A DNA stretch of 64,000 nt, taken from assembly GCF_000150275.1 (NCBI RefSeq), contig NW_002060944.1, forward strand, positions 5,088,123-5,152,122, in the 5' to 3' direction. The notes below the pieces were generated by a model, which saw only the letters and a list, made by a program, of their open reading frames with translations, ran no database searches and was not told where the DNA came from. The position numbers were made by a program, and so were the translations under genes. The stretch is from Trichoplax adhaerens. Lineage: Eukaryota; Animalia; Placozoa. Each line of letters begins with the position of its first letter. Positions within the stretch are counted from its first letter, which is position 1. Positions 1 through 13,139 of this stretch are shown here, piece by piece.

Positions 1-2201
1 ATCACGTCAACAGAGTTTCAATACACGCCTTTCAGACTAAGTTTAATTTTATCGGATATTATTTTTTTGATACAAACCTTGGAATTTTACCAATATTATT
101 TCGTAGTAAGGGATTACCACTACTAGAGCCCATGTTATATTGAAAGCGGCCATCAGTCAGCGAATAAGATGTTCGCCGAGACAAACTTGCAGAAATGATA
201 TTCTTTAAATGGTTCTATATATTCGTATGTAATAAATATGACCGTAGTTAATGCATGAACTTTGATAATATTGATAAGTTACGTAGAACTGGATCAACAT
301 CATTAGATTCTGATCCATCATTACAAGAGCATAACTCACTTCAAGTGCTACCATCACACACTCAGCAATATCATCTGATATCGAATCTAAGCCATTCTCC
401 CATGAAGTAACAGAAATTCTAAAATGCAAAGCTGCTAAATTTGGTAGCATATGAGTTCTGCTACATAGCCAGAGATCCCCTTCATTTACTTTATTCTTTG
501 CCGCTAGTAAAATACATCGTTATTTGAATTAGGTAATGGACTTGGTATCATTGCAAAGGTAAGGTTTGTTTGTACCATATTACACACATTTAAAATAACA
601 GCAATAGTATTAATTCAATAATAGTATCAAACTTTATGTATGTATTAGCGAAAAGGGATACAACCTCAGCAAAATAAGATACTACTTTTTCACTCTTTAC
701 CTTGCTATATCGGTAATCCGAATAAAGAGGAGTGGAAGTTAATTCATATGAGTTAGTTGTCTGTTATTTAGTATTGAGGAAGACATAAGTATAAATGACT
801 TACAGTATGATCCAAGGAAGTTGCATCCCGTAAGGCAGAAACAGGTTGGAAATGATTCTAGCAAAAAAATTTTTTGCTCATTAGGTCTATATCATTTACG
901 AAAACTATGAAATACTTTTTTACTAATATAGTGCGTTAAATTTCATCGATCAATGCTTGCTCGATCATTACCGTAGAAACGAAAGTATCTTGATCAAAAG
1001 ACTCTGTGTCACTGATTTCCTCTTTTGGACATTCAGTACGGACTTCATTTTGGCTACTAGAGCGTTGCCTAGGCAAGGAGACTTTGGAATCTAACGATAA
1101 AATAAGATTGCACTTAATAAATTGTGCTGTTCGTTTGCTGAAATTCGTCATAGGAGAAGTTGTTTATCGATCAACCTACATTTTACAGTTCCAATCATTT
1201 GGCTTTTATAAAGTATAGCAAGGATAAATTCATTGTGTTTGTGTACTAGCAGAAAAAAAATATTAATTTCAAATGGTAGCATTGACTCTCTCTGTTATCG
1301 CCAATAGCAGCGAAACTGGACACGCATCTTGATCGATGCGTTTAAAGCATGGGGCTATCATGTACATTTTTCTCTCATCTTACCACATCTAGCACCAAGT
1401 AATTCCCGAGCCTTCATATCAAATTCGCTCTTTTTGATCTAATTATAAACAACGTATTGGTACAAGTGATTATCATATTGTCAAAAAGTAATTAAAGGCA
1501 AAATCTTGGATGATGATTATGCAATAGGCATACAGTATTCAACAGGACGCTAATGCCTAATATCATCATGACCACTGTTGGTAATTGTATTGATTTTACT
1601 CACCATTCCTTTAAACCACTGTTTTAAGTTACTCCAATACCTGCCAATTAAGAATAGATCACAATGATGGCAATATAATACAACGGATTAAAGTTAGCAT
1701 CCAACTACGATACCTACAGTACTGTCAATGATCAATAGCAACGTTGACATTTTAAAGAAAGAAATGAAGAGCAATTGCATTGATATTTGTGTGAATTATA
1801 TTGCCAGCTAAGTTCAATTGAATAACGAGCTAAATTTACTGAGATACGACTTCATTTTGATCAGTGCATGCTCTATCGTAGGCTTTGTAGTAGTCTATCG
1901 CTTTAGACTGCTTTCGATCACTCAATTGACGTAGAGTAGGTGCTAATAGTGAACATTTTGGGCAGAATAAGATGCATCCGCAGACATAAGAAACCGACCC
2001 CATAACTGTATATAACTGTAGGTAAACATATTAGAATTATCAGCAGAACCAATTGAATGTCATTTCAATGACTGTTGTTGTTACATCAATTTATCCATAC
2101 TCTGATTCCGAGTCACCAAGTGATTCCGTAAGCTGTTTCTTGGCATATTGTAAGGCAGCAGTAGCTGCAAGCAGGGAGGTATTGGACGCCATTTTTTCCA
2201 T
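1..2201 (-). CDS. TADA1: Transcriptional adapter 1 (SAGA subunit), multi-exon, 3' end runs off the window
   Basis: Spliced exons with GT-AG junctions (2101-2201, 1604-1640, 1384-1438 and further exons down to ~118) read MEKMASNTSLLAATAALQYAKKQLTESLGDSESEYWSNLKQWFKGMIKKSEFDMKARELLGARCVHKHNEFILAIL...MLPNLAALHFRISVTSWENGLDSISDDIAECVMVALE/NHLKNIISASLSRRTSYSLTDGRFQYNMG. These match the TADA1 motifs YWANLKLWFK..ISKEEFD, HNDFLLAIL and NHLKDILTSVVSRRKAY. Confidence 0.9.
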
Positions 2202-4070
2202 GGATGTTGAGCAAGATCTACAGTAGTCCTATATTATGACTGTTCAGGAGATGATTGAGCAAAGACTACTGAAAATGAATGCCTAAGCCTAGCAATTACC
2301 ATACCAACGGGACCGGACCGGAACGGACCGGACCGGACTGCCAACCCCATGCAGTGCTCGCTGGACATTTGGCTTTGCAGTTACTGTGTACAGTACCATG
2401 AATTGCATCCGGCCACAGTTAGCAGTACAGTAGAGAGCCGAGTGCATATGGTTGGTCATTTGACTGTATCCAAAGACTGGTAATGAACACAGTACTGTGC
2501 GCAACTTGATATAGCATAGGTCAAACGGCCAGTCAGCCTGCACATTTTTGCTAATGAACAGTTATTAACGGCCTCTCTCTTTCTACTGTAGTGTGTTGAG
2601 TGATCCCTGAGACCTCTTTTTTTTTTTTTCCAATTTTGACGTACATATATGTCTTCAAAGAAAGAGAGCAAGACTGCCAACCACTGCTCTTTGCCCAAAA
2701 TGTGCTGGCTGACTACTTGATAGGTCATTTGACTGTATCGCAAGACCGGAACCGTACACTGTACAGTAGCGTTTGCAATAAACTAGGAGGGCCTACTTTG
2801 GAATGCACCTGCCCGATACAGGGTACAGTGTACAGTGTACAGTGTACAGTACCGTAAGCACAGTCGGACGGTAACCGTGATTGGTCGTCTCTCCACGTCA
2901 CTGATGTTACTGGACTACCGTACTGTCACCAATACCATGACTATACGATAAAGCAAAAAGCCTTGCAGTGGGACAGCATGAACATACTGCACTGTACTGT
3001 ACAGTGTACAGTAAACTACTAGTGCAGAGTTCTGTATGAACGACCAACACAAGATCGTGTGTCCTCTATCGCTGACCAGAACAGTCGGTTGAGGTGCTTA
3101 GGTGAGGTGAGGTACACTGTACTGTACTGTACTGTACAGTTCTGTATGAACGACCAAAACAAGATCGTGTCTCCTCTATCGCTGACCAGAACAGTCAGTT
3201 GAGGTGCTGAGGTGAGGTGAGGTACAGTGTACGCTGTATGCACACTGTACAGTTCTGTACGAACGACTAACACAAGATCGTGTCTCCTCTATCGTTGACC
3301 GGAACAGTCAGTTGAGGTGAGGTGAGGTACACTGTACTGTACACTGTACAGTTCTGTATGAACGACTAACACAAAACACAAGATCGTGTCTCCTATACCG
3401 TTGACCAGAACAGTCAGTTGAGGTGCTTAGGTGATGTGAGGTGCACTGTACTGTACTGTACTGTACAGTGTACTGTACAAGTGTACAGTACAGTTCTGTA
3501 CTGTATGAACGACCAACAAGATCGTGTCTCCTATATTGTTGACCAGAACAGTCAGTTGAGGTGCTTAAGTGAGGTGAGGTGCACTGTACTGTACTGTACA
3601 AGTGTACAGTTCTGTATGAACGACCAACAAGATCGTGTCTCCTCTATCGTTGACCAGAACAGTCAGTTGAGGTGCTGAGGTGAGATGAGGTACACTGTAC
3701 TGTACACTGTACAGATCTGTACTGTACGAACGACCACCACAAGATCGTGTCTCTTCTATCGTTGACCATGACAGTCAGTTGAGGTGCTGAAGTGAGGTGA
3801 GGTACGCTGTACACCGTACAGTTCTGTACGAACGACCACCACAAGATCGTGTCTCTTGACGTTGACCTGACAGTCAGTTGAGGTGCTTGACTTGACTTGC
3901 GCAATTCAAAATTTTTCCCAAATTCAATCGTATGTAGTAGCTGCTTGGTAATTAGGGGGTCCGCCATTGATCAATTGAAGCATCTTTTACTCTCCTTCTT
4001 GTAAATTCCATCCAATTATTACTTGGATCAATTTTTGGTGTTAGTTGTGCCCGACACCTGCATTACCTCC
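2202..4070. promoter_or_regulatory. Divergent intergenic/promoter region between TADA1 and TEX264-like a
   Basis: Head-to-head ATGs at 2201 (-) and 4071 (+). GC-richer than flanks, with (GGACC)n at 2309-2340, ACTGT/ACAGT tracts at 2755-2860 and a YY1-like CCGCCATT at ~3961. Confidence 0.6.
3030..3890. repeat. Minisatellite, 8 copies of a ~100-140 bp unit
   Basis: Units start at about 3030, 3140, 3253, 3352, 3494, 3610, 3716 and 3822. A conserved core TTCTGTATGAACGACCAACACAAGATCGTGTCTCCTCTATCGTTGACCAGAACAGTCAGTTGAGGTG is followed by variable-length (GAGGT)n and (ACTGT)n. Confidence 0.95.
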
Positions 4071-5597
4071 ATGACGATTACTCAGTTTCTGCTCATCGTC
4101 ATCTTGTCGATAGCAATATGCTTTTACATTTATCTCATCTTTTGTGGACTCTATCGAACTGTTATCATTGAAAGAAATAAACTATCCCTGTTAGCTAATC
4201 CAACCAATATGGTATATAAATTTATCCGTGGACCGCATAAAGAATGGCATAAAGCTTTCAATCAGCTTACTAAAATGCAAGCTAATTGTAAGAGTTTTGG
4301 AATATTTTATGACAACCCTCAAGAGGTACAAACCAATTTTTTTCTATCTTTTCTTGCATTTGAACCGTAGAACAGTATTTATAGAGAAGCTTAATAGAAA
4401 ACGTACAACGTAAAGCACTCGTATAGCGATAAAATGAGATTAGAATTGAACAAACTGAATTACTTCTATCACTATTGTGCTACCACAATGTACTGTAGAT
4501 TAGACGAGAATTTCACCACATAGGCGTTTACGATGTCAGTTTTAATGGCAATTACTGTACTTGTCTCATCCAGTGGCGACGCTTCTATTGAAGTAATAAA
4601 ATAAATAAATACTCAAGTCAAAAGAAAATAGTGCGCCTTTGCCTGATCGGTATTGTACTACTGCAAATGATCAAGGCTTGCTTAGTATAAATTTGTTTTT
4701 ATTTGCATCAGAGTTTAGAATCAAATACAGACTATTTCTTAATACGTGTATACCTGACATCAATACCGATAATTAGAATTGAAACTCTGAATAATGTTCA
4801 TACTGGATGGCAGTGCATCTCCAAATTGCAATTACGACTAGTGATTTCTGTTTATTTGCATGCGCACGCACAATGTCCTTCCTATCAAGCCTTGAATTGA
4901 ATTAGTGTTGTTGTATCTTTGTATGGAGTAATGTAGGACGGTAATAATTAAATTATACCTTAAATCGATTGTATGCCGAAAAGGAGCGCACTTAGTATAT
5001 GATTCGAGCTGCACCAAGAGTCACTTTCAGTAGAACATAGCTTATGGCCTTCATGATAATCATTGTTATTCATACAGTTCTTAATTTGTATACCAATAAT
5101 AGGTTGCTAGTGAAGATTGCAGATCAATTATAGGGATTCTAACGGATGATAATGAAATTGATAATGAAATTATGGATAAACTCATAGATGGTGGATATTT
5201 GAAAGGCTCCTTTCCTTCTATCCAATCTGCTGTTTACGTCCAATTTCCAATAAATAACTATGTATCGGTCATATTGGGTATCAGAAAAATCTATCCTTTA
5301 ATGAACGCTTACATTCGGGTACATAAACGCATTTTATAAGATGTTTATGTAATACATGATTGCTTTATGCGTACACCTAGGAAGTAATGCTAGCTACTGC
5401 TATCACTACCAAGAAAGAGATGCTAAAATACTAATACTATCTTTTATTTCTATACATTGCAGCAATTCAAGTTAAATGCATATCCGTTTATAGAATTCTA
5501 TGATAAAAATAATCTATACATTGCCACACCGCTGGATAATCAAGATAAATTTTACGTCCCTGAATATCATCAGACTGGACAGAAAAAAGACGACTAG
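4071..5597 (+). CDS. TEX264: TEX264-like protein a (N-terminal TM + GyrI-like domain), 201 aa, 3 exons
   Basis: Exons 4071-4325, 5103-5318 and 5463-5597, all phase 0, GT-AG. Hydrophobic N-terminus, then VYKFIRGP, GIFYDNPQEV..DCRSIIG, FP...SV.LGIRKIYP.M.AYI, YPFIEFY and FYVPE, all typical of TEX264. Confidence 0.85.
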
Positions 5598-7055
5598 AAG
5601 ATCCAATTTTCTCTTTAATTTTTTGCCTCATTGTACTGTACATTGTTATTATAAAATATGCAATTTATATTCCAGTTAAAATTTGTAATAGCTAAACGGG
5701 ATGTAAGTATTACCATATCGAATATACGCGTATATTGCATTGACTTGCAATGGCGTTAAATATTCGATATACATCTATACCACATTAAATGTTTTCAGGA
5801 ATAAATTCATGTATCTATGAAGTATAGTAGTAAAATACTATTGTAGCTATTATGATGAGATCAGTATTTTAATTTTTGCTTTCTTCTATTAATGCAACTA
5901 GCCTTTTATATTTCCTAATTGAGTTTATCGAGTACGATATCGATGGTGATTGATGTCAAAAAATTGCATTATTTTGCTCTATAACTGCAAATAATATTGT
6001 ACGAGTATGCAACAAAGCTGAGTATACCTTTATAGTATATACGCGTATATACTGAATATGGCAAGTGTTTCATGTACAATAATGAAAATAACTTAAAATG
6101 TCCCATTACTATTCGATAAATTGGTTTTGATAATAAAATATATATTATTCTAGGTAGAATTTAAATTTTCTTACACTGCAATTTATGATACTTTGACGAT
6201 TGTCAACTAAAATTCATAATGAAATAAATTGTGTAAATTAAATATTGAATCATTTTGTCGTCTTCTATTTATCATGCAACAAATGGTGTAAAGCCACTAT
6301 ACGATAACGCTGCAAAGTTTATAAACGTCTAATATCAAATTATACCGCCTAAGTTTCGCTGTTCAATTATACTTATGGGGCGCCCCATTTACAATCCTTC
6401 ACATCATTTGTTACGAGTATACATACCATGTTATATTCATGTCAAGGATATTATTCCTGTTGTACAATTATAACTTCGCATCAGTCTTACATCAATAGTG
6501 TCATTCACATAATATCCTGAGAAATCAATGAATTGATATATAGACAAGTGCAAAACTCCAGAAGAAATTGAAATAAGAAAATATTTCCTATGATTTATTA
6601 CTTAATTTCATTATGTTCTGCAATTAGAGTTTCATCTTTACTGAAATGTTTACCTAGTCACACCGCATGCTTTAGACGTCTTCCAGTGAAATACAGTATT
6701 TACGACATCAATAAAAATCAGTATCAACAATAAAATCAATAATTAGTAAATAATTTCAATTCCAACCTCTTATCTTAAACTATAAATCACATAGCGTTGG
6801 TTTTATCTAGCCACGCATATCGCTGTATTGTTTCTAAAAAGATCTGCCTAACTTGCAGTATCATTAAGACGTACCAGATTACTGGCAACAATAAAAATTG
6901 CAACAATTGCGATACATTTCTATGCAAATTATAGAATTTCTCATCTAAAATCTATAAGACATAAAGACTTAAATAGCTATATCGTGGATTTAGGAACACA
7001 TTTGACATCTATTTAGGGATTTAATATTAAAAAAATTTTTGCTATTCATTAATAT

Positions 7056-10000
7056 CTAGTGATATCGGCCAGAACCAATAGCAAAGCTAGTAGATCCTTT
7101 CTCACAACATAACTCAAATGAAGCCAAGCAGATAAGGAGCTCAAATAAGCCAACTGCAATAGTAGCAGCGTTAATCAATAGCAGATCGTGTTTCATAACG
7201 CAATCGCTTGAATTACCAATAAAAGCAATTAAGTCAACATACAAGTAGTAGGAACCTAATGACACCGCTGCGGCTGAAATGACGATTGTTACCGAAATAC
7301 AAATCCAGTGTATGATTGTCTGGTAAGAATGAAATTATTCATTAATATAAAGTAAATATCTTGTTTAAACAAAAATGCATGCATATCATTATCTAACAGT
7401 ATTTGATATTCTAGTCCTCTTATATATTTTTAGAATATTGACGATAAATTTGATACCGAATGAACAAAATAGAAATCATAAGCTATCAAGTATTGTTAGG
7501 AAAATTACCAAGTATTTGTTGGCTGACTCACGAAGCAGCAAATGGGTTATGTGGAAAATGCCTGCTAACAATGCCTAGATAAAAATATTGAAAAATTTCA
7601 CAGATTAGCATGAATATCGATCAATCACAGCTATATCTTTTATCAATGATATCGAAAGAATGCGCCTTCTAATGCAATATGATCGTGAAATCTCAATATT
7701 TATAGTTTCGATTCTAAAAATTGTAATTTTATAAGGTACATCAAATTAAAAACTATCTAAGATCCATTTGCGTAGTAGATTGCTATTCTAGTTTGCATTG
7801 CAATCTTTAATTTGACCATTCAGTGGTGCAATATACTGTAGACCTTCATTATTAATCTACCATAAATTTAATTGCTAATTGCAATACCGATAACATTAAG
7901 CAGTTCGTGTTACGTCTTCTCTCCTTTATATATTGTATGTAACCTTTTGCGCGCACATACACGCACTATTGCAAATAAATACAGTTATACGTATATACCA
8001 CGAAACAGGGTTTCGAGGTGATTTTGTTAGTATAATTCTATTGAGCTTTCACTATAATAATTTCTCTTTATTATGCGTTTGGATTGATTTCTATACTAAT
8101 TATTGTTTTGATATGTTTAGGTGTATATTTTTTATGTCTAGCGCAATGTGATCCTAATATTTAACATATTTTCATGATAATGATGCACCCTATATATACG
8201 CTTTTGGATTGAAGTGACTGTTCTGAAGAAGTTGATTACGGAGAATTTAGTACGTGCTCTCATTTTTGGTCGTTTGATATAGTCGCTACAATAAAGTACT
8301 GCTGATATTAGTAAGAGGTTTTTGTGAATGTTCTTGAGAAATATTTATCGCATTTTTATTGGCAGTTCTCTCTCTATGTGTTTATATATGTTATATACAA
8401 TTTCCATGAGTGACAGTATATGACGTAATTTACTACAGTACTGTATAACTAGTTATTATTGAATAGTACTAACAAACTAGTGATCCGGACGGCAAATGTT
8501 TAATCTAGTACCTTATTAAATTCATATTTATTAATACTCACAAAGTCCTATTGAAACCTTCATATTATGTTATTAGCCCAGCCTTAAAAACTAGTGTACA
8601 CAACAATATAAAAGAATACTATACAACTATTGTATGTAGTCATACGTCAAGCACTGCATCGTCTGTGCACGTAATAAACTATGATGTTGCTTGGCTCTAC
8701 CATTAATTGTAATTTACACTTATTATCGAGACATATGCTTGTAATGCATGATAGAAAAAATTTTAAAGTAATTTAAAATAACAAATGGAATGATGTAAAT
8801 TCGAGGTAAATAAATATCCAAAGCTCGTATTACTATGTAAAAAGGGTGACGACACATAAGATAAAAAATATTAGTTTCAGAATTTAACATTTTCAGTAAT
8901 TATAATCAAAGGCAGTATCATTATTCTATTTCAATCATGGAACAGTTTTATAAAGTAGAATTGCGTATTTATAAAAAAAAGTTAAATGAAGAAAGTTCAA
9001 CATCAAATCAGGCGCTTTACACGTACCTATTAATAAATAACTAATACTACGAATTCTAATCACTTTTGCAAATATGCTTTTGAAGAGATCGGCAGAAAAT
9101 GATCTGCTACTTTTAATGCATTTCTTATAATTTATTAAGTAATTCTTTCGTATTATCCATTATTATTGCTAGAAAATTTTTCCTGCTCGAATAAATAGAC
9201 ATGACCCTGAGTAGTTGTTACGAGTATTTTACCAATTTCAAAATTTTGATGTCATGCACTATGCATTCATTGAAAGTAGGTACGTATAGTTTCATTAGTC
9301 CATTAGATTCTTATGCATATTACTGTCTCATGATTCAATCGCCTTTCAATTTTCAGGCTTTGATAAGATCATGCAATCGTACGATGAATAGAGATGATAT
9401 CTTTACCGAAAATCATTGTATATATTAAATACTGATTTAAAGTTGAGCATAAATATAACATAATATCGCTAAATATACTCTATGAACGATAGAATGCTGA
9501 GAAAGTGATGACACATGACGTCTAGCGACGGCTATTAATTCTATAATACGTATATGCGCCCATAGAGTCGAATGGTATATCGAGAGACAATTTCTTTCTT
9601 AAAGAAGAGCGTAAAATCTCGAGCTACCTTACATGATGTTTACAATAACATTGACCGTTTTTACTGAAATCAGGTCTCATGAAAATACAGCTAGTAGTGG
9701 TAATTAAAAAAAATTGAAAGTTTCTATCATATAACACCGCTTTACAGAGTCGGTGTTTAACCGCAAGAAGAAAAGTAAAAAAAGCCAGTCAAGAAGCTTG
9801 TAAAATGAACAATACACTATCGCCTTGTTACATCTCCAATAGTAAAGTTTAAAATGTGAGATTAATATTATTTCCGTTAGGGTTGATCAGTGTTTCATGC
9901 TTATATCATCAGTGAAAACATCAAGTTATTACCCAATCTTCAGTGCAATGAAAAATGTTGCAACTATGATCAGTTATCACAACGGCTTTTTAAGAATCTA

Positions 10001-11034
10001 TCGTTCCAAGGAACGCGGTAGATAAGTGAACATATAGGTATGGACAAGTAGCCAAAGGACATGCATAAGTGAAATTATAATTAATTATGACCATAAACTA
10101 ACATTCGTAAATCATTGCTGTTTATCGAGAAAGGGCTGTACGATTTTGAATATGGACATGGAAATACTGTAGATGGTGTATTACGCCAAGTAAGCATTGT
10201 CGTAGTTGACAATCGAAATAATAACACCTCTCAAATTGCAATCGCAAAAGAACACATCAATCAACGTGGATATCTATGCGATACTATAATCTAATAACAG
10301 AAAGAACAGAAATAAAATGGTAAATTAAAGGATAGATTTATCTTTTCCCATATCTAATTCGGCACGGTTGCATGTATAGCAGTATTCAATGAGTCGTATC
10401 CGTTTATTTCACTATTAGAATGCAGTTGACAAAAAGTACGACATCAGTACAGTAATTTGATAATGAATTTATCCTTTTAAACATTAATGTAAAGCAACTA
10501 GCCGTCAAAATAGTTCACTACGTTTAGGATAAATCAACATGGATGAGTATGTGTTTTTTAATTTAAGTAATGAGTCGATACTTTTAAGATTGATATAATA
10601 CCAAAGGTTGAATAAACGGATTAATGGCTGAATGTTTAATTAACGGAAGGGTAGTTTTATAACAAATTAACATATGCCGATGGCTAAAATGCCATTTCGC
10701 CATGCTTTCTTTTTTATTTCTTCAATTCTCAGTAAATTGACTCAAGGCATCAATCTATTTTATCTACTCTCGACTCTCGACTACCCAAACTGTCAAAATA
10801 CCAAGAAGCTGCAAACTTTCTATCTCATGAATCAATCATCTATGCGATATTACATACCGAACCAGCCAGTGCCATTGGAGCGGCTATTACACCTATTTGA
10901 AAGATGTCGATGAAGGGCTTACTGGTACATGATGAATTAACAAATTGACTACGGAGCATGATACCCAAACAGCCAGCGACACCAGCGAAAGCAGCTGCCA
11001 CGATATGATACAGACTTAAAGCGTAACTAGCCAT
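7056..11034 (-). CDS. Four-transmembrane protein, MS4A/CD20-like (tetraspan), 168 aa, 3 exons
   Basis: Exons 10858-11034, 7509-7574 and 7056-7319 splice in phase 0 with GT-AG into one ORF with four hydrophobic segments. One Cys lies in each predicted outer loop, and TM4 ends GLFELLICLASFELCC, resembling the MS4A LE..I....S...C end. The family assignment is by pattern only. Confidence 0.6.
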
Positions 11035-11793
11035 TTTTCCTAACAGTTAAGTTGCTTCTTTTTTTCTACCCGTTAGTTCATAGGAATCCAACAACAGGCA
11101 ATGCTTCAATAAATGACGAAATTAGTATAAGCTGGATGATATGCAGTAGTTATAGATTCTCTATTCTACCGTCATAAATAGAATATTGATTTATGACGCC
11201 ACAATACAGTATAACAATGGTTGCTAGTGAATTTGCAGCTAATACAGTCTAAACCAGATGATCGATAACTTTATCCATTTCAGGTAATTAATTCCACCCA
11301 GGCTTAATGCAATATTTAGAAGTCGTTAGAAAAATTTAATACAATCAATTAGTCAGTTTGGTTGGGAATCAGCGCATTTTACCTGTCTTGAGCTTTGTTG
11401 TGTCAATGTACCGGTTAATTTAATTAACCCTAATAACGGTAGAGTAAGTTACTCGCGAGACGCTAAACATAATAACTCAGGGCTCGCTATAGTTATACTG
11501 TACACTGTACTGAGGGTGTCTTAGTCTCGGCGATTGAAATTCTATCAAGTTCTAATTTGAAGTCCTTATTAGATAAAGTTGGCATCATTTGATTGGAAAT
11601 AAGATGCTTTATGCGACTATGTAATTGAAATTGACATAAAGTGTCTTCAAGCTACTAATATTAGCACTTAAAGCCAAGAATACTTCTATAAATTGTGGCC
11701 TTTTTCTACAGTACATTGTAAGAAAGACTACGTACTGTACACTGTACTGTACAGTACATACAGTGCAGTACTAAAAAAACGAGAGAACTGAAC

Positions 11794-12176
11794 AATGGAG
11801 GCTAAATCAAAGTAGCTATTACAAACAGGCTTGAAGATTTGCGGTAAACAGAACTACAAACTTTATTTACTTCCCTAGGCTACTCAAAATAACTACGTGA
11901 CTACACGAGCTGTATAGTGTATACAGTACTATTTGTATATACATATGCATACGTAACATATATAGAGAGAGAGAGAGAGACATATATAATGGAGGCTAAA
12001 TCAAAGTAGCTACTACAGCTTTGAAGATTTACGGTAAACAGAACTACAAACTTTATTTACTTCCCTAGGCTACTCAAAATAACTACGTGACTACACGAGC
12101 TGTATAGTGTATACAGTACTATTTGTATATACATATACATACGTAACATATATATAGAGAGAGAGAGAGAGACATA
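11794..12176. repeat. Direct tandem duplication, 2 x ~194 bp, each copy ending in (GA)n
   Basis: AATGGAGGCTAAATCAAAGTAGCTA...CATACGTAACATATATAGAGAGAGAGAGAGAGACATA starts at 11794 and 11988; the copies are near-identical. Confidence 0.95.
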
Positions 12177-12295
12177 GACATATATGTTATATGTACATAC
12201 TGTATACACATATACATATATGTCATATGACAATATACTGTACAGTATATATACAATATATAATAATATATGTATACTGTACTGTATACTGTACA
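12177..12295. repeat. Low-complexity TA/ACTGT-rich tract
   Basis: Degenerate (TA)n interspersed with TACTGTAC. Confidence 0.7.
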
Positions 12296-13139
12296 ACCAA
12301 CATTGCAGGATAGACCATAATTCTTCCAATCCTTTCAGCGTTCAACTGATGCAAGTCATTCATTGTATTTGATTTATGAAGTAGAAAGGATCATGGATGA
12401 CTACGATTTCGTCTCGACGGTCTCGTGCATACTATGCACGAGTATTTTACAACTGGTAATACTCGTATACTGTACAGCGTAGAATCATCAATGACTGCGA
12501 TTTATATCGTACATATGCAAACACGTGCATCATATAGATGCGTATAACTTGACTAAGACCTTTTACTCTGCTCAATCAAGGCCCAATACAGTAATATAGT
12601 CATTTCCAATTTGCTGCACAATATGATGCTTTCAATCACATCAAATTTCTAATGCTTCTTTACACTATGGAAAGGTAAGAATGATTCAAAGCTGAATTCA
12701 GACTTGTCTGCAATAGCAATAAGAAAATTGGATCAGCATATTTATTATGATAATGATAAAGTACAAGGTATGTAAACACAATCAGTATGCATAGCAAATC
12801 ATGCACGAGTAGTGGGTAAGAAATTGAATCTCAAATTTTTATCACAACTTTCCAATCATTACAAGGAAATCATATACGTAGCATTTCAGCATACTGTATA
12901 ACGATTAAACTGAGTCATAACGCACAGTACGTAAATGACTGATTCAATATCCTAGGGAGGCTATAACCAGAGAGCAGAGCCTTTTTTAAATAGCTTCGGA
13001 TAAAAGAGATCAGAGAAGCACAATACATTCTTACGTGAGACTTCATAAAACATGCAAGTAAACGGACCTAAAGAGGTGTAAAATAGAGATAGATATTTGT
13101 ATTTCTGCATTACTTAAATTAGTGTCTCTATATATTAGT

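Noticed and set aside
3030-3890. CRISPR-like repeat/spacer appearance
   Set aside because: The linkers are not unique spacers but pentamer microsatellite variants, the core is ~65 bp, there are no cas genes, and the context is a eukaryotic intron-containing genome.
2289-3967. Several 80-107 aa ORFs on both strands
   Set aside because: They are translations of the promoter microsatellites and minisatellite (repeating CTVQY/YSTV) with no protein-like features.
12057-12372. Tyr/Ile-rich ORFs here and at 42684-42967
   Set aside because: Translations of (TA)n low-complexity DNA.
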